Shown here in pieces: positions 47,456-58,846 of a stretch of DNA of 64,000 nt; position 1 is the stretch's first letter, and every line of letters starts with the position of its first letter. The stretch lies in the NCBI GenBank assembly GCA_048937405.1, contig JBHLNF010000008.1:116725-180724 (forward strand), given 5' to 3'. A program made the translations under genes and the position numbers. The stretch comes from Promethearchaeota archaeon (lineage in GTDB: Archaea; Asgardarchaeota; Lokiarchaeia; Sigyniarchaeales; SOKP01). The notes under the pieces were generated by a model that did no database searches, was not told the origin of the DNA, and saw nothing but the letters and a program-made list of their open reading frames with translations.

Positions 47456-50400
47456 ATGATTTCCAATAAGAATAATCAAATTACTAATTTTAAAAATATA
47501 TTTCCCTATTTAATGGAAACAATAGATGACTTAATTATCATTGTTTCGATGCATAATTCCTATGAAATTGAATATGTTCATAAAAGTAAATATTCAAAAC
47601 AATTGGGTTATTCAGATGGTACTTTACAAGGGAAGTCTTTATTTGATCTAGTTAATTTCGGAGAAATCACTCCAGAAACCGACATTTTAGGTATATTAGA
47701 CAACAACAGAAATGATTTGGAAGTCAAAGTAATCAATAAAGATGGAAATTTAACTTGGGCATTATTAAAATCATCTATAATCATTGATGAGCGAGAGCAA
47801 CAAAAAATTTTGATCGTTTTGAGAGATATTTCAAGAATTAAAGATTTAGAAATAAAATTAGAAGAATCAGAAAAAATGGTAGAAAGAATTTCAAAAAATG
47901 TTCCAGAAAACAGATATGGGGATAAATTTACACCTGAGAAATATCATAATGCACTTAAAGAAAGTGAAGTCCTCCTTAAAACAGCAATAGAATCTTTACC
48001 ATTTGATGTATTTATGATTGAGAAAAATGGTTTATATGCAATGCAAAACTCAGTTTGTAAGAAACATTGGGGGGATGTTATAGGGAAACGTCCTAATGAA
48101 GTTACTAATAATCAGAAAACTCTTGAAATATGGGAAAATAATAATTCTAGAGCATTTTCTGGGGAACTAGTAACTGGTGAAGAGAGTTTTAATATAAATG
48201 GTAATATTCATCATTTTTACAATATAATAAATCCAGTATATATTAATAACGAAATTCAATATATCTTTGGAATAAATATTGATATTACAGAAAAAAAAGA
48301 TGCGGAACGAAAACTTCAAGAATCTGAAGAAAAGTTCAGAACGATAGCAGAACAATCATTAATGGGAATATGTATTATTCAAGATTTTATTATTAAATAT
48401 TCAAATCAACAAATGGCTGAGATTTATGGATATTCCTCTGAAGAAATTAAACTATGGAAACCGAGAGAACTGTTAAAAGTAATTCACCCCGATTCTAGAG
48501 ATATGGTTGAAAAGCAATTAATAAGAAAACAACAGGGTTCAGAAGAGATAGCAACACATTATATTATGAAAATAATTAGGAAAAATGGCAATATAAGATA
48601 TATAGAAAATTATTCAAAACCAATAAGATATCATGGGAAAATAGCAGATTTAATAATACAGGTTGATATAACTGCCAGAGTGAATGCTGAACGAAAAATA
48701 AATTCTTCTGAGGCAAAATATCAAAACATGCTCGAAAATATGATGGATGGATACTATGAAACGGATCTTGGTGGTAGGTTGCTTTATGCAAATGCAGCAT
48801 TTTGTAAAATTATAGGATATTCAAAGGAAGAAATAATAGGAAAGGATAATCGCTTATTTTATGATGAACATTCAAGAAAGATTTTATTTGATACGTTTTC
48901 TCAAATATATAAAACAGGAATTCCTCGTCCTCCCTCAGGATTAGTTAAACTAGTTACTCTTAAAAAGAAACTCATTTATTTTGAAGGAACTGCCGATTTA
49001 CAATATGATTCTGAAGGAAAAAAGATCGGATTTTTTGGTATTGTTCGTGATATCACACAAAGGAAAATTGCTGAACAAAAATTAAGAGAGTCTGAAATAA
49101 AATATCGACATTTATATGAAAATTCTCCTAATTCGATTCTTTTATTCAATTTGAAAGGAGAAATGTTGGATTGTAATTTAATTACAGAAAATCTTTTAGG
49201 TTTCAAAAGAGAAGAATTAATTGGAAAAAATTATATGAAGGCTAATTTAATTCCTCAAAATTATTTTTTAACTCTATTAGAAGAGTTTAAATCACTTGTA
49301 AAAAAGAAAACTATGGACACAACAGAAATTCAATTCTACACAAGAGAAGGAATTTCGGTATGGGTAAATATCCATGCATCCTTATTTGATTATCAAAATG
49401 AAAAAATAGTTCAAGTTATCATTCAACCTATTGATGATATAAAGAGAGCAGAAGAAAAATTTAGAAATATTACAGAACAATCTTTAATGGGGATATTTGT
49501 ATTACAAGATGGTATTTTTAAATATTTTAATGAAAAATTAATTGAGATATTTGGATATACAGTAGAGGAAATGAAAAAATGGAGTCCTTATGAATTTATG
49601 AAACTTGTCCATCATAAAGATAAAGAATTTGTGAGAGAACAAGCACGTAAGAAGCAGGCGGGTGATACTGATGCCATTGATCAATATAACTTTAGATTAA
49701 TAAGAAAAGATGGGGAAATTAGATGGATTGAGATTTTCTCAAAAACAATTGATTATGAAGGAAATCCTGCAGATTTAGCAATGATTTATGATATTACAGA
49801 TCAAAAAAATATGGAGAAAAAGTTAAAAGAATCAGAAGAAAAATATCATTATTTATTTGAAACTTCTCCAGATGGAGTTATTCTAACAAATTTAGAAGGA
49901 ACCATTATAGAATGCAATTCTGCGATTGAACGTATAACAGGCTATTCTCCAAAAGATCTTATTGGAAAAAAATTCATGAATTTTGATCAATATCTTGAAG
50001 ATGGATTAGAAAAATTACTAAAAGGTTATAAGAATTTATTGAAAGGTAATAAGTTACAACCTGTAGAATTTCCATTTAGAAGTAAAGATAATCAAATTAA
50101 ATGGGTAGGTATTAGATCGACTCTAGTTAATATGAAAGGTCAATCTTATATTCTAGCGGTTATACTTGATATAACAATGCAAAAAGAGGCAGAAGAATCT
50201 ATAAGAAAAAGTGAGAAAAAATTTCGTGACTTATTAGAAACTTCTTCGGTAGGAGTAATTGAATTTAATGTCCTTAAAAATGAAATAAAATATATGAATC
50301 CCAAGCTAGTAGAAATTATTGGATACAATGAAAATGAATTTATTGAGGAGGGATTTTTCAATAAATTAATTCACCCAAAAGACTTTCGTAAAATCCTAGA

Positions 50401-51787
50401 AACTCGTGAGAAATCAGAATTAGAATTTAGAATATTCGACAAATTTGGGAAGTTAAAGTGGTTAGCTGGGAAAACAATACCTAATTATGATGAAACTGGA
50501 CAAATTAATAGTATTAGAGTATGGCTTGAAGATATAACAGAGAAAAAGATGTACGAAAACCTGATATATGAATTAAATATAAATTTTCTAAATTTCACTG
50601 CTGATATTAAAAATAATATTCGGTTACTGCTTGAAACATGCTTAAAATTACTCAATGGAGATTTTATCTTGTATATTAAAAAAACAGAAAATGAAAGACA
50701 GGAATCTTATCAAATATTAACATCTAATAATAGAGCCTTTAATTGTAATAGCGAATTTTTTGCTAGTAACTTGTTTGTTAGTGCATTGTTTTATGAATCA
50801 CATGATTTTCCTCAAACCTTTTTTGATATAGATAGAATGAGTTTTGTAAACACAGATCCATTCATAGCAAAATATAATTTAAAGGGATGTTTTGGAAAAT
50901 TGATCAAATCAGAGAAAGATCTGGATAGTGCTGTATGTGTTTTTTATAGAAAAAATCCTGTTATTAGTAATCAAGATAAACTAGTAATGTTTTTAATATG
51001 CGATGCAATTGAAATTGAACAACGTAGGTGGCAAGTTCAAAGAGGTTTAGAAGAACAAAATATTACTTTAAATAAAATCAATAATCTTAAAACAGAACTT
51101 TTTTCGAGGACTTCACATGAATTAAAAACTCCTTTAATCTCAATCAAAGGTTTTACGGAACTTCTTTTAACACTCCATAAACCTAAGCTCGATAATGACG
51201 TATTATCAATTTTAGGAGAGATTAAGGATGGAAGTAAACGGCTTGAAAAAATTATTAATCTTTTATTAGAAAGTACTAAATTAGAAGCTGGTCAATTAGA
51301 TTTAAATCTGAATAATGAAGATTTAAGTTTCTTGATTAATTTCTGTGTTAAAGAATTAAAAGGATTAGCAAAATTACGGGATCAATCAATTACACTTAAA
51401 TTGCATGAAAAATTAGAAACTCAATTTGATAAAGAAAGAATTTATGAGGTTTTTTCTAACTTACTTGTAAATGCGATTAAATACACCCCTCCAGGAGGAA
51501 ATATTACCATTGAATCAAAAAAAGAAAAAGATTGTTATCTAATATCTGTAAAAGATACTGGAATAGGATTTACAACCGAAGAAAAAGCTCAAGCTTTCAA
51601 ACAATTTGGAAAAATAGAACGATATGGACAAGGTTGGGATGTTTCTATAGAAGGAACAGGACTAGGACTCTATATTACGAATAAGTTAGTAGAATTACAT
51701 GGAGGAAAAATTTGGTTAGAATCTGCAGGAAGAAATAAAGGTAGCACTTTTTATTTCACAATTCCTCATAAAAAAAATGACGAATAA
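47456..51787 (+). CDS. cytoplasmic multi-PAS (about 8) sensor histidine kinase
   Basis: Repeated PAS/PAC units ending DIT; SHELKTPL H-box, NLLVNAIKY, DTGIG and GTGLGL. Confidence 0.95.
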   Translation: MISNKNNQITNFKNIFPYLMETIDDLIIIVSMHNSYEIEYVHKSKYSKQLGYSDGTLQGKSLFDLVNFGEITPETDILGILDNNRNDLEVKVINKDGNLTWALLKSSIIIDEREQQKILIVLRDISRIKDLEIKLEESEKMVERISKNVPENRYGDKFTPEKYHNALKESEVLLKTAIESLPFDVFMIEKNGLYAMQNSVCKKHWGDVIGKRPNEVTNNQKTLEIWENNNSRAFSGELVTGEESFNINGNIHHFYNIINPVYINNEIQYIFGINIDITEKKDAERKLQESEEKFRTIAEQSLMGICIIQDFIIKYSNQQMAEIYGYSSEEIKLWKPRELLKVIHPDSRDMVEKQLIRKQQGSEEIATHYIMKIIRKNGNIRYIENYSKPIRYHGKIADLIIQVDITARVNAERKINSSEAKYQNMLENMMDGYYETDLGGRLLYANAAFCKIIGYSKEEIIGKDNRLFYDEHSRKILFDTFSQIYKTGIPRPPSGLVKLVTLKKKLIYFEGTADLQYDSEGKKIGFFGIVRDITQRKIAEQKLRESEIKYRHLYENSPNSILLFNLKGEMLDCNLITENLLGFKREELIGKNYMKANLIPQNYFLTLLEEFKSLVKKKTMDTTEIQFYTREGISVWVNIHASLFDYQNEKIVQVIIQPIDDIKRAEEKFRNITEQSLMGIFVLQDGIFKYFNEKLIEIFGYTVEEMKKWSPYEFMKLVHHKDKEFVREQARKKQAGDTDAIDQYNFRLIRKDGEIRWIEIFSKTIDYEGNPADLAMIYDITDQKNMEKKLKESEEKYHYLFETSPDGVILTNLEGTIIECNSAIERITGYSPKDLIGKKFMNFDQYLEDGLEKLLKGYKNLLKGNKLQPVEFPFRSKDNQIKWVGIRSTLVNMKGQSYILAVILDITMQKEAEESIRKSEKKFRDLLETSSVGVIEFNVLKNEIKYMNPKLVEIIGYNENEFIEEGFFNKLIHPKDFRKILETREKSELEFRIFDKFGKLKWLAGKTIPNYDETGQINSIRVWLEDITEKKMYENLIYELNINFLNFTADIKNNIRLLLETCLKLLNGDFILYIKKTENERQESYQILTSNNRAFNCNSEFFASNLFVSALFYESHDFPQTFFDIDRMSFVNTDPFIAKYNLKGCFGKLIKSEKDLDSAVCVFYRKNPVISNQDKLVMFLICDAIEIEQRRWQVQRGLEEQNITLNKINNLKTELFSRTSHELKTPLISIKGFTELLLTLHKPKLDNDVLSILGEIKDGSKRLEKIINLLLESTKLEAGQLDLNLNNEDLSFLINFCVKELKGLAKLRDQSITLKLHEKLETQFDKERIYEVFSNLLVNAIKYTPPGGNITIESKKEKDCYLISVKDTGIGFTTEEKAQAFKQFGKIERYGQGWDVSIEGTGLGLYITNKLVELHGGKIWLESAGRNKGSTFYFTIPHKKNDE

Positions 51788-51973
51788 TTTATTTCTATCA
51801 TTATAATTCAAAATTTTTTTTTTTTATGAAAATTATCAAGATTCTGAAATAAGCAATAATTATTCGAAGAATTGGACTCCAAATTTTTTATTATCAATTT
51901 AAGCTATATAATAATTAAAAAAAAAGAAAAAATAAAAACAGATTATCATAAAATTTTTTGAAATCAATCTAAT

Positions 51974-52222
51974 TTGGTGGTAATGATAAATAAAAATCTA
52001 GAAGAAAAAGAATTAGAAGAAATTCCAGAAATAAAAAAATATTTTATGAGAATATTCACTGTTTTAACAAAAGAAGTACGGGAGAAATTAAAACAATTAG
52101 ATTTAGATAAAGAAAAGAAAAAAAAAATAAAAAAAGAATTGGCTTTTTTATCAAAAGAGAAGCAGCTTGAATATTTGGAAGAATTTAATAATAATAATCA
52201 TAATTATAATTCAAAGGATTAA
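51974..52222 (+). CDS. small helical protein resembling the cytoplasmic tail of 42900..44252
   Basis: TVLTKEVREKLKQLD...KELAFLSKEKQLEYLEEF. Confidence 0.6.
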   Translation: MVVMINKNLEEKELEEIPEIKKYFMRIFTVLTKEVREKLKQLDLDKEKKKKIKKELAFLSKEKQLEYLEEFNNNNHNYNSKD

Positions 52223-52490
52223 TTTCTGTTGTATTCTATTAATTATTAAACTATAGCTATTTTTTAGAATATTCTTTTTTTGCTTACTTATAAAAATGAA
52301 AAATATAAGTAATAATAAATAATTAGAATTTTGTTATCAATTATCGATAACAAATTTTTTTAAGTAAATTACTTTTTCCTTTATAAGATTATCAATCGAT
52401 TTGTTTGATCAAACACGTTAAAGAAAACACCTTGTTTTTTTACAAAATCGCAAATCAATTTTTAAAAATGAAAAAAGAATCGGAATAAAT

Positions 52491-53078
52491 ATGAGCGAAA
52501 ATGTAGAAAAATATATAAAAAGAAAAGTCTATAAAGCCACAAGTTCCAGGATTGCACAAAAATTTGTGGATGCGGGATTAGAAAAAATAAGAGCTTGTAT
52601 AAATTGTGGAACCTGCACTGGAAGTTGTCCAAGTGGCCGTAGAACAGCATATAGGACTCGTTCTGCAATCCGTCGTGCATTAACTGGAGATGAATCAGTA
52701 TTAAAAGATGTTGATATTTGGTTATGCAGTACTTGTTATTATTGTTATGAAAGATGCCCTCGAGACATTCCTGTAACTGATATGATTATTAAACTTAGAA
52801 ATATAGCTGTGGAAGAGGGTTTTATTCTAGATCCTCATTTTGGATTGGCTAGAAATATTTTCTATACTACTGGACATGGTGTCCCAGCTAATGGAGAAGG
52901 CAATAAAAGATGGAGAGATTTAAGAGTATCCTATGGGTTACCTCCATTACCTCCAACTGTTCATTCGTATCCTGAAGCTGTTAAGGAGTGCCAGGATTTA
53001 ATGGATGCTGTAGGATTTAAAGAATTATTGGATAATGCAGAAAAATTAAAAGAAGAAAGGAAAAAAAAAGAGGAATAA
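52491..53078 (+). CDS. hdrC: heterodisulfide reductase subunit C
   Basis: CINCGTCTGSCPSG, IWLCSTCYYCYERCPR, TGHGVP and PPTVH. Confidence 0.96.
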   Translation: MSENVEKYIKRKVYKATSSRIAQKFVDAGLEKIRACINCGTCTGSCPSGRRTAYRTRSAIRRALTGDESVLKDVDIWLCSTCYYCYERCPRDIPVTDMIIKLRNIAVEEGFILDPHFGLARNIFYTTGHGVPANGEGNKRWRDLRVSYGLPPLPPTVHSYPEAVKECQDLMDAVGFKELLDNAEKLKEERKKKEE

Positions 53079-53080
53079 AA

Positions 53081-54031
53081 ATGAGTAAGGATTATAAATG
53101 GAGATATGGTCTTTTTTTAGGATGTGTTATTCCCAATCGTTATCCTATGATTGAAGCTTCAATTAGAAGTGTTTTTGACCATCTTGGAGCTGATATTTTA
53201 GACTTACCAGGAGCATCATGTTGTCCTGCTCCAGGTGTTTTTAGGGCTTTTCATATACCAACTTGGTATGTTATTGCTGCTAGAAATATCTCGATCGCTG
53301 AAGAATTAGGAGTAAATCCTCTCACTGGTTGTAATGGATGTTATGGAACTCTTAGAGATGCTTGGTTTGAACTTGAACATGATTATGAAAAAAAAAAAGA
53401 AGTTAATAAATATCTTGCGAAAGTTGGACGGACATATAAAGGAAATCTTGAACCGAAGCATGTTGTTCAAGCATTATATCTCGATATGGGCTTAGATTAT
53501 TTAAGAGATTTCATCAAATTAAAATTCTCAGATTTAAAAGTAGGCGTACATTATGGATGCCATATTGTAAAACCTAGTGAAAAAAGACCATGGAATGGTG
53601 AATATGAAGCTCCAGAATTTCTTGATGAGATTGTTGAAATCACAGGTGCAAAAAGTATAGATTATAAAGATAAATTTATGTGTTGTGGAGCAGGAGGAGC
53701 AGTTAGAACTGCTGTAAGAGAAGTTGCAGCAGATTTTACACGAGAAAAATTAGTGAATATGAGAGATGCTGGGGTAAATATTATAGTGAATTGTTGTCCC
53801 TTCTGCCATCTTCAATTGGACTTAGGTCAAACTGAAGTAAATAATTATTATGGAGATATTATTGGAGAACCATTTCATATACCGGTCATATATATAACTC
53901 AACTATTGGGGGTTGCTTTTGGAATGGATCCTAATTTATTAGGTTTAGTTAAAAACCATGAATTAGAAGGTGTTTCTCCTTTTATTTCTATTGAGCCATT
54001 TTTAAATATAGTCAAAGAACAATTAATATAG
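53081..54031 (+). CDS. hdrB: heterodisulfide reductase subunit B
   Basis: FLGCVIPNRYP, SCCPAPG, HYGCH, CCGAGG and CPFCHLQLD. Confidence 0.96.
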   Translation: MSKDYKWRYGLFLGCVIPNRYPMIEASIRSVFDHLGADILDLPGASCCPAPGVFRAFHIPTWYVIAARNISIAEELGVNPLTGCNGCYGTLRDAWFELEHDYEKKKEVNKYLAKVGRTYKGNLEPKHVVQALYLDMGLDYLRDFIKLKFSDLKVGVHYGCHIVKPSEKRPWNGEYEAPEFLDEIVEITGAKSIDYKDKFMCCGAGGAVRTAVREVAADFTREKLVNMRDAGVNIIVNCCPFCHLQLDLGQTEVNNYYGDIIGEPFHIPVIYITQLLGVAFGMDPNLLGLVKNHELEGVSPFISIEPFLNIVKEQLI

Positions 54032-56038
54032 GTGGAAAAAATGACAGAAACCAAGAAAGAAATTATTGTCACCGGTAATGAAAGACCTAGGATTGGTGTG
54101 TATATATGTCATTGCGGTATAAATATTGGTGGTGTTGTTTCAGTTCCAGATTTGGTAGAATATGCAAAAACTCTTCCAAATGTAGTATTAGCTAAAGAAT
54201 ACAAATTTATGTGTTCTGATAATGGTCAGAAAATGATTAAGGAAGATATTGAAGCAGGATTAGTAAATAGAGTAATAGTTGCAGCATGTTCGCCAAGAAT
54301 GCACGAACCTACTTTTAGAATTGCGTGTAAGGAAGCTGGATTAAATCAGTTCTTATTTGAGATGGCAAATATTCGAGAACATTCTACGTGGGTTCATATG
54401 AGAGAACCAGAGGGTGCATTTGAGACTGCAAAAGACCATATAAGAATGGCTGTAGCAAAAGCACGAGAATTGGTTCCATTAGAAGTTCAGAAGGTAAAAG
54501 TTGAACCAACTTGTTTAATAATTGGAGCAGGTATAGCAGGTATGAATGCTGCTTTAGATCTAGCTACAGAGGGGTATAAAGTATACTTAGTTGAAAAAAG
54601 TCCGACTATTGGTGGTCATATGGCGCAACTTGATAAAACGTTCCCAACTATGGATTGCAGTAGTTGTATTCTTACACCTAAAATGTCTGAAATATCACGA
54701 GAGAATAATATTGAACTTTTAACATATTCTGAAGTTACAGAAGTTTCTGGGTATATAGGAAATTTTGAAGTTACCATAGTAAAGAAGCCTCATTATGTAG
54801 ACCAAGAAAAATGTACTGGATGTGGAGTTTGTGTTGATTTTTGTCCTGTGACTGTTGGAAATGAATTTGATTTAGGAATGGCTACTAGAAAAGCAATATA
54901 TATTCCATTTCCTCAAGCCGTTCCAGGTCAATATACAATAGACATGGATCATTGTATAAAATGTGGAATTTGTGCTAGACAAGACGTATGTGAACCTGAA
55001 GCCATTAAATATGAAGATGAACCGGAATATATTAATATTAAAGTAGGCACAATAATCGTTACGACAGGTTGGGATTTATATGATCCAACAGAACTCAAAC
55101 AATATGGATATGGAAGATATCCAAACGTAATTACAGGACTTCAAATGGAACGTTTATTAAGTTCTTTTGGACCCGTCACAGGTAGACCAGTAAGACCCTC
55201 AGATCTTAAAGAACCTCATAGTATTGCATTTTTGCAATGCGTTGGAAGCAGAAATTTTAGAGAAGGAGGTAATCAATACTGTTCTAGAGTGTGTTGTATG
55301 TATGCAACAAAACAAGCAAGACAATATAAGGAAAAGCATTTAGATGCAGATATTTACATTTTTTATATGGATATTCGAGCTTTTGGTAAAGGATATGAGG
55401 AATTCTACGAATCTGCTGGTAGAAACTATGGAATTAGTTATATGAGAGGTAGAATTGCAGAAGTAACCGAAGATGAAGAACATAATATTATTATTCGATC
55501 GGAAGATACTTTACTTCAGCAACCAATTGAATTAAAAGTTGATTTATTCGTACTATCTTGCGGAATAGAACCACGTGCAGATGCAGATATAATCACTTCT
55601 CTTTTAAGAATTCAAAGATCTGCGGATGGATTCTTTTTAGAAGCACATCCAAAATTAAGACCAGTTGATACTTTAACAGATGGTATTTTTATTGCTGGAG
55701 TCGCCCAAGGTCCGAAGGATATTCCTGATTCTGTAGCTCAAGCTAAAGGAGCCGCATCAAGTGCCGCTACTTTAATGGCTAAAGGAGAGGTTGAAATAGA
55801 ACCTTTCTTTGGTGTTGTACATCCTGAAAGATGTATTGGATGTGGGATGTGTGTTGAAAATTGTGCTTATGGAGCAATTGAACTTATTGAAGACCGACGA
55901 TTTGGTACCGTAGCTAAAATTAATGAAGCACTCTGTAAAGGTTGTGGTGCTTGTTCTGGAAATTGCAGATGTTCAGCAATTGATATTAAAGGATTTACAG
56001 CAGAACAGATTTATTCTATAATCACAGATAGATTATAG
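54032..56038 (+). CDS. hdrA: heterodisulfide reductase subunit A (Cys form)
   Basis: YICHCG.NI, ACSPRMHE, LDKTFPTMDC, CSRVCC, GPKDIPD and C-terminal ferredoxin. Confidence 0.96.
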   Translation: MEKMTETKKEIIVTGNERPRIGVYICHCGINIGGVVSVPDLVEYAKTLPNVVLAKEYKFMCSDNGQKMIKEDIEAGLVNRVIVAACSPRMHEPTFRIACKEAGLNQFLFEMANIREHSTWVHMREPEGAFETAKDHIRMAVAKARELVPLEVQKVKVEPTCLIIGAGIAGMNAALDLATEGYKVYLVEKSPTIGGHMAQLDKTFPTMDCSSCILTPKMSEISRENNIELLTYSEVTEVSGYIGNFEVTIVKKPHYVDQEKCTGCGVCVDFCPVTVGNEFDLGMATRKAIYIPFPQAVPGQYTIDMDHCIKCGICARQDVCEPEAIKYEDEPEYINIKVGTIIVTTGWDLYDPTELKQYGYGRYPNVITGLQMERLLSSFGPVTGRPVRPSDLKEPHSIAFLQCVGSRNFREGGNQYCSRVCCMYATKQARQYKEKHLDADIYIFYMDIRAFGKGYEEFYESAGRNYGISYMRGRIAEVTEDEEHNIIIRSEDTLLQQPIELKVDLFVLSCGIEPRADADIITSLLRIQRSADGFFLEAHPKLRPVDTLTDGIFIAGVAQGPKDIPDSVAQAKGAASSAATLMAKGEVEIEPFFGVVHPERCIGCGMCVENCAYGAIELIEDRRFGTVAKINEALCKGCGACSGNCRCSAIDIKGFTAEQIYSIITDRL

Positions 56039-56539
56039 AATTAAAAAATAAAGCTTTTTTTTAAAATTATACTCATTTTTCATATTTTGAGCCATATATT
56101 TATTAATTAATTCAATTATTGATAACTTTCTTTCGAAAGCCAATTTTAAATCAATAATTGATATATTAATTTTATTTAGAATTCCAAGGAAGAATTGTAA
56201 AATGCTTCACTTTTTTAGAAATATATGATTAAATATAATTCAAATCCTTATTGAAAATCTGTAAATTTTAGAATATTAGGAGGATTTCTTTAAAATATTG
56301 TTGTGCAAGTAATCTTTTTCATATTATATTCCATTAGTTTAATTATTTCTAAAGTTTTTTTCAAATCATTATTTAAGAGTCAGTAAATTAATTAACACAT
56401 GGATATATAAATTAAAAAAATTGTTAATATTTTGAGAGTGTCCTTACCCCACATTTTTGTCCTTTGAATAATTATCTTAGGATATTAGGGGATATACTAA
56501 TAGAATAAATAATTTTTTAGCACGTATTCAATCTAAAAG

Positions 56540-57733
56540 GTGGTGGTTAATATTATAAATAAAAGTATATTTTTCGAAGAAGAACTTGAAAAAAGTTTTA
56601 GAATTGAGATAGCTTGTCCAGTTTGTAAAAAATATGGTCAGGTTGATGTCCCTAAAAATATTTTAAAAAAAGAAGGAATAACAACAATATCAATTCCAAG
56701 CAAATCCTTGTGTGAACATAATTTCCAAGTCTTTTTAGATCCACATTATGCTATTCGTGGATATCAAAGAGTTGATTTTGAAATTGAAGCAAGTAGTTCT
56801 AATTCAACTGAATTCACTTGTTTGATGTGTGGTGCTGAAATTAGATTTAATATTAATGATGAAAACTCATACCTTAAAAAACAAAAAAACGAGAAATTTT
56901 TTGGTAAAGAAACATGTTCATATGAGGTTGCCCATTATTCTAAAGATGAATTACATGTAAATAATGTTCTCGTTGATAATAATAGTCATTTTCAAGATTA
57001 TCTCAATACTTATAAAGTAAAACTTGAAAATTATAAGAATATAGAACAAAAGAGTCAAAAAATTTATAAATTAAGTAATGATGGCCAAAAGCCATTAGAA
57101 TCACATCCCATCTTTAATATCTTTCTAATCTTAAATACATTTAATAATTGGGTATTCGAGCTTGTATCACCATCTCATATTAATATAATGGAATTAATAA
57201 ATCTCCTCGATATTAAAATGCACAAAACTCGAAAGTTGTATTCTTCTTTACCAGAATATTTAAATGTTTCAATCACAGAACAAATTTTTCACATCTGGAA
57301 TTCCGGTGATAATTTCATTTGTATTAATTTAACTAAAGAAGATACAGAGATTACTTGGGTTAAAAAAATACTTTCAAATATGATTAATCAAATTAATTCT
57401 GATGCACAATTAATTTCAAAAAGTCCTAGGATTTTATTGCTATCAGAATTTTTGAATCACTCGAACATAGATAAAAAGAAAGAAGCTTTAATAGATCGGT
57501 TAATTTTTGATGATTTACTTTATTCAAAGTTTGAGATTAAATTTAAAGAATTAGTTCCACAAATTATAGAAAAAGTAAGTCCAATGTTCTCTATTGATCA
57601 AGATTATTTAATTTCATATTTTAATACAAATCTTAATACTATTGAATTTTTAAGAACAACTAAAAGTACTGATTCATTTGAGAAACTTTTAAAAGTAATA
57701 GATTTTATAAATAGAAGAAATCTACTCACGTAA
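56540..57733 (+). CDS. hypothetical protein with two N-terminal Zn-ribbon-like modules
   Basis: CPVC...CEH.FQVFLD...IRGYQRVDFE and CLMC...H....H. Confidence 0.7.
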   Translation: MVVNIINKSIFFEEELEKSFRIEIACPVCKKYGQVDVPKNILKKEGITTISIPSKSLCEHNFQVFLDPHYAIRGYQRVDFEIEASSSNSTEFTCLMCGAEIRFNINDENSYLKKQKNEKFFGKETCSYEVAHYSKDELHVNNVLVDNNSHFQDYLNTYKVKLENYKNIEQKSQKIYKLSNDGQKPLESHPIFNIFLILNTFNNWVFELVSPSHINIMELINLLDIKMHKTRKLYSSLPEYLNVSITEQIFHIWNSGDNFICINLTKEDTEITWVKKILSNMINQINSDAQLISKSPRILLLSEFLNHSNIDKKKEALIDRLIFDDLLYSKFEIKFKELVPQIIEKVSPMFSIDQDYLISYFNTNLNTIEFLRTTKSTDSFEKLLKVIDFINRRNLLT

Positions 57734-57802
57734 AAATGGAATTGCTTGAATTATTAATGAATTATTATTAAAAAAAAGTCAGATCAAAAGGTAGAATTTA
57801 TT

Positions 57803-58846
57803 ATGACAATTTTAATTAATCGGATAAAAGCATGGAAAAATGTATTCAAATTAGGTAAATATGGAAAATTTTCACGTCCAATGAGTGAATATTATAGGAA
57901 TCTTGTCGTTTCAGGATTAAAAGATAATTTTCTTAGCTTTCTTCAGAAACCACATACATTCTCAGAAATTAAACAAGAATTTAAAATACTAGATGATAAT
58001 TATCTTTATATGTTATTAGATACACTTCTAAGTGATAATACCATTGAAAAAACCAGTAATGGATTCTTATTAAATAAATCCCTAGATGTTGAAGCGATAC
58101 CTCCGAACGTAATGGATAAATCTCTTACTCAGTTTTTAGAAAATATGGCAAATTCTGTATTTAATCGATTATTTAATAAATTCCTTGATATAGCATCTGG
58201 ATACAATCTTTTTACCTTTGATGATGCTTTATCTCAGAAAGTGTATGAATATATACGACATGCAACAATATCATACGTTCCTAATTCTATAAAATATCCT
58301 GGAAAATTTCTTGATTTAGGGTGTGGAAGTGGAATTGGCACGGCTGATTTCTGGACACAATTAATGAAAAAGCATAATTTCGAACCTAAAAATAGTTTTA
58401 AATTAATAGGTGTTGATATCAATGAAAATTTAATAAATATAGCAAACAATGAGTTCTATTATACTGTAAAGAGATATTTGGAATTAACAGAGGATGCTTA
58501 TTCAGATCTCAAACCATATCATCCTGAATTTAAAAAAGGAATGACTACCCAGATTCCATATCCCGATAATTATTTTGATTATATTTATATTTCAAATGTA
58601 TTACACTGGACAAACATGAAATCTTCTTTAAATGAAATATATAGATGTTTAAAAATTGGAGGTATCTGTTTTGGATCAAATTTACTATTTCCACACGCAA
58701 ATTCTTATTTAAATATTATGTTAAATACTGTTGAAGGTGTAGGAGGATTTTTTACTAAAGAGGAATTTACAACAGTGGCAAAAAAGGTAGGTTTTTCGAA
58801 ACTCAAGTTCTGTACTCCACTTACAATATTTAAATTCAAAAAATAA
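57803..58846 (+). CDS. class I SAM-dependent methyltransferase with N-terminal wHTH/dimerisation domain
   Basis: FLDLGCGSG, GVDI, IPYPDNYFD, VLHW and RCLKIGG. Confidence 0.9.
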   Translation: MTILINRIKAWKNVFKLGKYGKFSRPMSEYYRNLVVSGLKDNFLSFLQKPHTFSEIKQEFKILDDNYLYMLLDTLLSDNTIEKTSNGFLLNKSLDVEAIPPNVMDKSLTQFLENMANSVFNRLFNKFLDIASGYNLFTFDDALSQKVYEYIRHATISYVPNSIKYPGKFLDLGCGSGIGTADFWTQLMKKHNFEPKNSFKLIGVDINENLINIANNEFYYTVKRYLELTEDAYSDLKPYHPEFKKGMTTQIPYPDNYFDYIYISNVLHWTNMKSSLNEIYRCLKIGGICFGSNLLFPHANSYLNIMLNTVEGVGGFFTKEEFTTVAKKVGFSKLKFCTPLTIFKFKK

